DNA from: Bacillota bacterium
GTDB taxonomy: Bacteria; Bacillota; DTU025
DNA: 64,000 nt
Reading direction: 5' to 3'
Assembly (NCBI GenBank): GCA_050951805.1
Contig: JBMNJT010000002.1
Span: forward strand, 224,001 to 288,000
In this document: positions 59,959-64,000 of the stretch, piece after piece
How positions within the stretch are numbered: position 1 is the first letter of the stretch
Layout: every line of letters starts with the position of its first letter
Translations under genes and position numbers: made by a program
The notes under the pieces: generated by a model
Told to the model about the DNA's origin: nothing
Database searches by the model: none
Seen by the model: the letters and a program-made list of their open reading frames with translations, nothing else

Positions 59959-61209
59959 ATGCGCCGAGAAGGATATACTCGCATTCGACAGCCTGATGCA
60001 TCAGGTTCACGGCCCGGGCTAGCATCTTTGCGCCACCCACGTCGATTGTCCTTCCAATCCTTGCCGGACATAAGCGTTCACAGGGTTCTGATGGCGGCTA
60101 TTCTGTTCTTCATATGCGGTCTCGTCCTCTCCCTAGGGAGCATAGCGGAGCCGACTCAAACAGGAAACAGCTGGTTTCTACCAACAGGAAGCAGTCCGTC
60201 AGCGCCGGTAGGACCTGTTCTCAGCCTTGATATTGACATAACCAACGATCCAGGGGAGGAGGTGGCCACATCCCATTGGACCTCGCCGGTGGAAGGCTAT
60301 CTGGAACTCCATGGCAAGGCGGGAACAGGAGGCCAGGGCGGCTACAAGCTTCTGGCGCGGGTGGATGCCGGCCCCGTAGTTGGACTTGAGAAGATCGTGT
60401 TGGACTGTGGTTACGAATCGTCTCCGAGTCAAGAGAGCCATAGGACATCCGATTCGAAGCCAGAGCGCGCGTCTGAGTCCGAGCGAACGACTAGTGATTC
60501 CATGTGTGCGACTCTCATCCTTGTCCAGGCCAACTATGACCAGAGTGTGGGCGCAATGAGCAAGACAACGGTATCAACTGCCTATGCCTGGAATGGGCGG
60601 ACGTTGGTGGAAGTGTGGTCGGCGACCACCTTCTCCGAGGCCGTATGGAACTTGTCCTGGGGAGCGGTCGGAAATGTGAAGGCCAACTCCTGGCGATGGG
60701 GCGTGGCAAGGGAGAGGGCGCTTCGCGACTTTACCAGTTCGGGGGGGATTCCTGCCACGGCGGCGAAAGGGTTCGACCTTGGCCCCGGCAATTGGGTTCG
60801 TCTGGCTAGCGCTTCCACTGTGCAGTTTTCGGGTGGCCCGGTCCCCTCGGTTGTTATGGAGTCGCTTCACGAATACCATTCCTACAGTGAGAAAGATGAC
60901 GCGTTCAAGCTCATAAGCTCCCGCAAGGTCACTCAAACATTCTGTTGGAGCGACAGATGGAAAACGTTCGTTCTTGGAGAGGGTACTATCGGAAGGGAAG
61001 GGGCCATTGGCATGGAATACCCCGGCGCCGACGATGGCCTCAGGATTGATCCCGGCACCGACGTTGCAATTTTGGAGTCCGAACGCAAGTGTGTGGAGGG
61101 ACTTGTGTTCGGCCCGCCGTTTCTTCTACGCGTCAAACTCCCTAACGGGAAGCGCTGTTTTGTCAGCGAGGACAGCGTGCTCACATCTGCCGTTGAGTCC
61201 ATGGTATAA
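59959..61209 (+). CDS. Hypothetical membrane-anchored/exported protein
   Basis: 416-aa ORF; one hydrophobic segment ([18 protein letters not shown]); no family recognised. Confidence 0.55.
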   Translation: MRREGYTRIRQPDASGSRPGLASLRHPRRLSFQSLPDISVHRVLMAAILFFICGLVLSLGSIAEPTQTGNSWFLPTGSSPSAPVGPVLSLDIDITNDPGEEVATSHWTSPVEGYLELHGKAGTGGQGGYKLLARVDAGPVVGLEKIVLDCGYESSPSQESHRTSDSKPERASESERTTSDSMCATLILVQANYDQSVGAMSKTTVSTAYAWNGRTLVEVWSATTFSEAVWNLSWGAVGNVKANSWRWGVARERALRDFTSSGGIPATAAKGFDLGPGNWVRLASASTVQFSGGPVPSVVMESLHEYHSYSEKDDAFKLISSRKVTQTFCWSDRWKTFVLGEGTIGREGAIGMEYPGADDGLRIDPGTDVAILESERKCVEGLVFGPPFLLRVKLPNGKRCFVSEDSVLTSAVESMV

Positions 61210-61363
61210 TATAATCCAAGCGAATGGTTGTTTGCCAGTTATGGCTTTAGGGAATCCTGGCCGTACTGGCATAACACCGCTATATTCCCCCCCATGCGTG
61301 TGGGGGATAGGGGATCATTATGGCAACTTGCAAGTTGCAGAAAGAAAATGGGGAGTTGATCTG

Positions 61364-62218
61364 ATGCCTGCAACCATCATAGACGGCAAAGCCGTTGCCG
61401 CATCGATTAGGGAGGATGCCGCTGCGAGGGCTGCTGAATATCGTGAGAAGTTCGGACGCGCTCCGGGGCTTGCAGTCGTGATCGTTGGAGATGACCCAGC
61501 ATCCCGTGTTTATGTGAACAACAAGAAGAAAGCCTGTGCAGGCTGTGACATCTACTCTGAGGAACATGCCTTGCCGGCAACAACTACAGAGGACGAGTTG
61601 CTCGATTTGGTTAGAAGGTTAAATGCTGATCCGAAGATTGACGGGGTGCTAGTGCAGCTTCCTCTTCCAAACCACATTTCCGAGGACAAGGTCATTGAAG
61701 CGATTTCCCCCTCAAAGGATGTCGACGGCTTCCATCCGATCAATGTGGGCAGCCTGATGGTGGGCAAGCCTGCGCTTCGCCCGTGCACTCCTGCGGGGAT
61801 AATGGAGCTTATCCATCGCACCGGCATAGAATTGAAGGGCAAGCGCGCTGTGGTTGTTGGAAGGAGCAACATAGTGGGCAAGCCGGTTTCGATAATGCTC
61901 CTTGCCGAACACGCCACCGTTACGATTTGTCATTCCCGAACTGAGGACTTGCCTTCTGTATGTAGGGAAGCTGATGTTCTGGTGGTGGCAGTAGGACGTC
62001 CGAAGATGGTTAAGGGAGACTGGATCAAACCGGGCGCTGTGGTCATAGATGTCGGAACCAACAGGGTTGGCGGAAAGAAGCTCGTGGGCGATGTCGATTT
62101 TGATGAGGCGGTTGAAGTGGCCGGAGCTATCACTCCTGTGCCGGGCGGTGTGGGCCCGATGACTATAGCGATGCTGATGAAAAACTGTGTGGAGGCCGCG
62201 TTTGCTGCAAGGAGCTGA
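61364..62218 (+). CDS. folD: Bifunctional methylenetetrahydrofolate dehydrogenase/cyclohydrolase
   Basis: [62 protein letters not shown]. Confidence 0.97.
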   Translation: MPATIIDGKAVAASIREDAAARAAEYREKFGRAPGLAVVIVGDDPASRVYVNNKKKACAGCDIYSEEHALPATTTEDELLDLVRRLNADPKIDGVLVQLPLPNHISEDKVIEAISPSKDVDGFHPINVGSLMVGKPALRPCTPAGIMELIHRTGIELKGKRAVVVGRSNIVGKPVSIMLLAEHATVTICHSRTEDLPSVCREADVLVVAVGRPKMVKGDWIKPGAVVIDVGTNRVGGKKLVGDVDFDEAVEVAGAITPVPGGVGPMTIAMLMKNCVEAAFAARS

Positions 62219-62225
62219 TCAGACG

Positions 62226-63131
62226 GTGTCTTCCGGAGAATACGACGCAATGATCATCGGGGCGGGCCCTGCAGGGCTTTCTGCTGCGGTCAATGCCTGT
62301 GTGCGCAAGAAGTCGGTGGCGGTAATATCGCGAAGGCTCACGAGCCCCAGCCTCGAGAAGGCGCCTTGGATCGAAAACTACCTTGGGGTAGAGCGAATCT
62401 CCGGGCGCGAGCTTTCCGCTCGTTTCGTGAATCATGCGCGCGCTGCCGGGGCCGAGCTGATCGAATCTGACATCACGGGCGTGTTCAACCTCGGTGATTC
62501 CTTTGTGGCTTTAGGTTCTGACGGCGAGTTTAGCGCCAAGGCGGTCGTGATAGCTACAGGCTCAGTCCAGGAGGCATCTATTCCTGGGGAATCGGAGCTT
62601 TTAGGAATGGGCGTGAGCTACTGCGCAACATGCGATGGACCCCTTTATCGTGGGAAGAAGGTCGTTGTTCTTGGCTATACTGAGCATGCTATAGAGGAAG
62701 CCAACTTTCTTGCCCAGATCTGCTCTGAGGTTACATATGTGATGGCGCGCAGCGTGGAACCTGGAGACGGGCCGGCTATTGCCGAAGGCATTCGCGTTGT
62801 GAGGAAGAGAGTGCTCGGCATCCGCGGCGAGGACAAGGTGGAAGAAGTCGAGCTAGACGGCGAGGCTATTCCTGCAGACGGTGTTTTTGTGATCAGGGAT
62901 TCGATTCCAGTGGAAAGGCTCTTGGAAGGCGTCCGCGTCGCTGATGGCGCGATAGTGGTTGACCGCGACATGGCTACGAATGTGCCTGGGGTGTATGCGG
63001 CAGGCGATTGTACGGGTAGGCCTTACCAGATTGCGAAGGCTGTGGGAGAGGGTCTTGTAGCAGGGCTTTCCGCTGCGAGACATGTTGATCGGATGGCGGC
63101 CAAGCATCTCCCGAAAAGTCTGCTGCTCTAA
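62226..63131 (+). CDS. Thioredoxin-reductase-like FAD/NAD(P) oxidoreductase
   Basis: IIGAGPAGLSAA, IENYLG, GVSYCATCDG, VYAAGDC, QIAKAVGEG. Confidence 0.88.
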   Translation: MSSGEYDAMIIGAGPAGLSAAVNACVRKKSVAVISRRLTSPSLEKAPWIENYLGVERISGRELSARFVNHARAAGAELIESDITGVFNLGDSFVALGSDGEFSAKAVVIATGSVQEASIPGESELLGMGVSYCATCDGPLYRGKKVVVLGYTEHAIEEANFLAQICSEVTYVMARSVEPGDGPAIAEGIRVVRKRVLGIRGEDKVEEVELDGEAIPADGVFVIRDSIPVERLLEGVRVADGAIVVDRDMATNVPGVYAAGDCTGRPYQIAKAVGEGLVAGLSAARHVDRMAAKHLPKSLLL

Positions 63132-63641
63132 CGAAGGCCGGGCAACCATGGCTCAAAAGGGACGCCGAGACATCCCTTATGACTTGGTCAAAAGCTTATT
63201 CTGATGCCTGCAGCACAGCCACTGGCGGTCGGGCGCAAAGCAACAAGATCGGAGGTTCTATCTCCCATTACCGCCAAAACCCACAAACCCGACAGACTCA
63301 AAGGTGCACGCGTCATGCGAAGCATAGCGCAGCCTCGACGTAAGCGAACTTACTCAGATCTACGATAGCTATATGGGTCATCTCGCCAAAATTCAAAGGC
63401 AGAGTGAAAGCTGCGACTGAGAGTGCGTCGAGGATAAAGCTTGCGGTCCTCGGCTTCGTTTTTCGTGTGAGTTTGAGCTCGTGTGAAGCTAACCCCATAG
63501 TCTACAGACGAACATATCCGCATCTGGGGTCTGGGAAGTCGGGGAATGGCTATTTGACGCTTACAGTTATAGAGGCAGACTCGTCAACTATGCGACGAAT
63601 TGGTGAACGGCTCATCAGGCGTGGGTCGATTACCACTGACC

Positions 63642-63916
63642 CTACGATTTTCTCGTAGTGTTTTTTCTTATGCTACGAAAAAATCGTAGGGTCAAAATGT
63701 AAGTTAACATAATGTGAGAGCACCTTGGTTGACCTGGGCGAATATGGAATACTCTGTATCTTATTGGACTAAGATGGAAACTACCCAACCCCGAAACGGG
63801 GTCAATTCGACCTCGGCATGCCCCGATATACATTACTTTCCACACATTACCTATAACTGTAATCGTATCCACGAAATATTCGTAGCGTAGCAAAAAACAC
63901 TACGAACCATTCGCTG
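63642..63916. repeat. Four 17-bp palindromic boxes (CTACGAnnnnnTCGTAG) as two inverted pairs
   Basis: Boxes at 63642, 63673, 63869, 63900; 31-bp spacing within each pair; spacers TGTTTTTT / AAAAAACA are inverted. Confidence 0.75.
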
Positions 63917-64000
63917 TATTACATTAATTGTCATGCGCAACCATGCTTCACCCACCATACACCCCTCTGCTATACACCCCTGCTGATGTCCATAGCCCAC

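Noticed and set aside
60974-61363. 130-aa N-terminal extension of FolD in the ORF track
   Set aside because: Overlaps the upstream gene; FolD homology and an RBS begin at ATG 61364

Overview
A 64-kb chromosomal window (GC roughly mid-to-high 50s%, by eye) from what looks like an anaerobic Bacillota (Firmicutes)-type bacterium, inferred from strong GGAGG RBSs, ECF RibU under an FMN riboswitch, split SdaAB/SdaAA and DegV. In order it contains: (1) an SdpI-like gene and a decayed stalk-domain gene; (2) a ~17-kb ROK-associated carbohydrate locus rich in phosphoesterases (NPP-type, AP+EEP+GATase-like fusion, PHP), with two Gfo/Idh/MocA oxidoreductases, a sugar ABC importer, a DUF6259-like glycosidase and two SIS proteins; (3) a degV gene cleanly split by a 1,837-bp IS1634-family element (17-bp TIRs, 6-bp TSD); (4) a dipeptidase, an orphan DNA MTase, tcdA, transglutaminase and caspase-like surface proteins, a GRxGG repeat protein and a MacAB-like exporter; (5) FMN riboswitch-ribU, traX-like, sdaAB-sdaAA, tRNA-Gly(CCC); (6) poly-gamma-glutamate genes pgsB-pgsC-pgsW divergent from a C69 peptidase/DUF6305/TRAP-like permease/M14-like deacylase operon, with six palindromic boxes in mirror-image order between them; (7) tRNA-Thr(CGT), a Cys-rich collagen-like gene, OsmC/Smr/CsoR genes, an ECF sigma-anti-sigma-htrA operon, cca, glycerate kinase, murD, an MNT-HEPN pair, folD, a TrxB-like gene and a second mirror-image palindrome array at the right edge. 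The best candidates for an undescribed system are the PGA synthesis/putative recycling divergon with its operator array and the phosphoesterase-rich sugar locus. All family calls come from motif recognition by eye; no searches were run.
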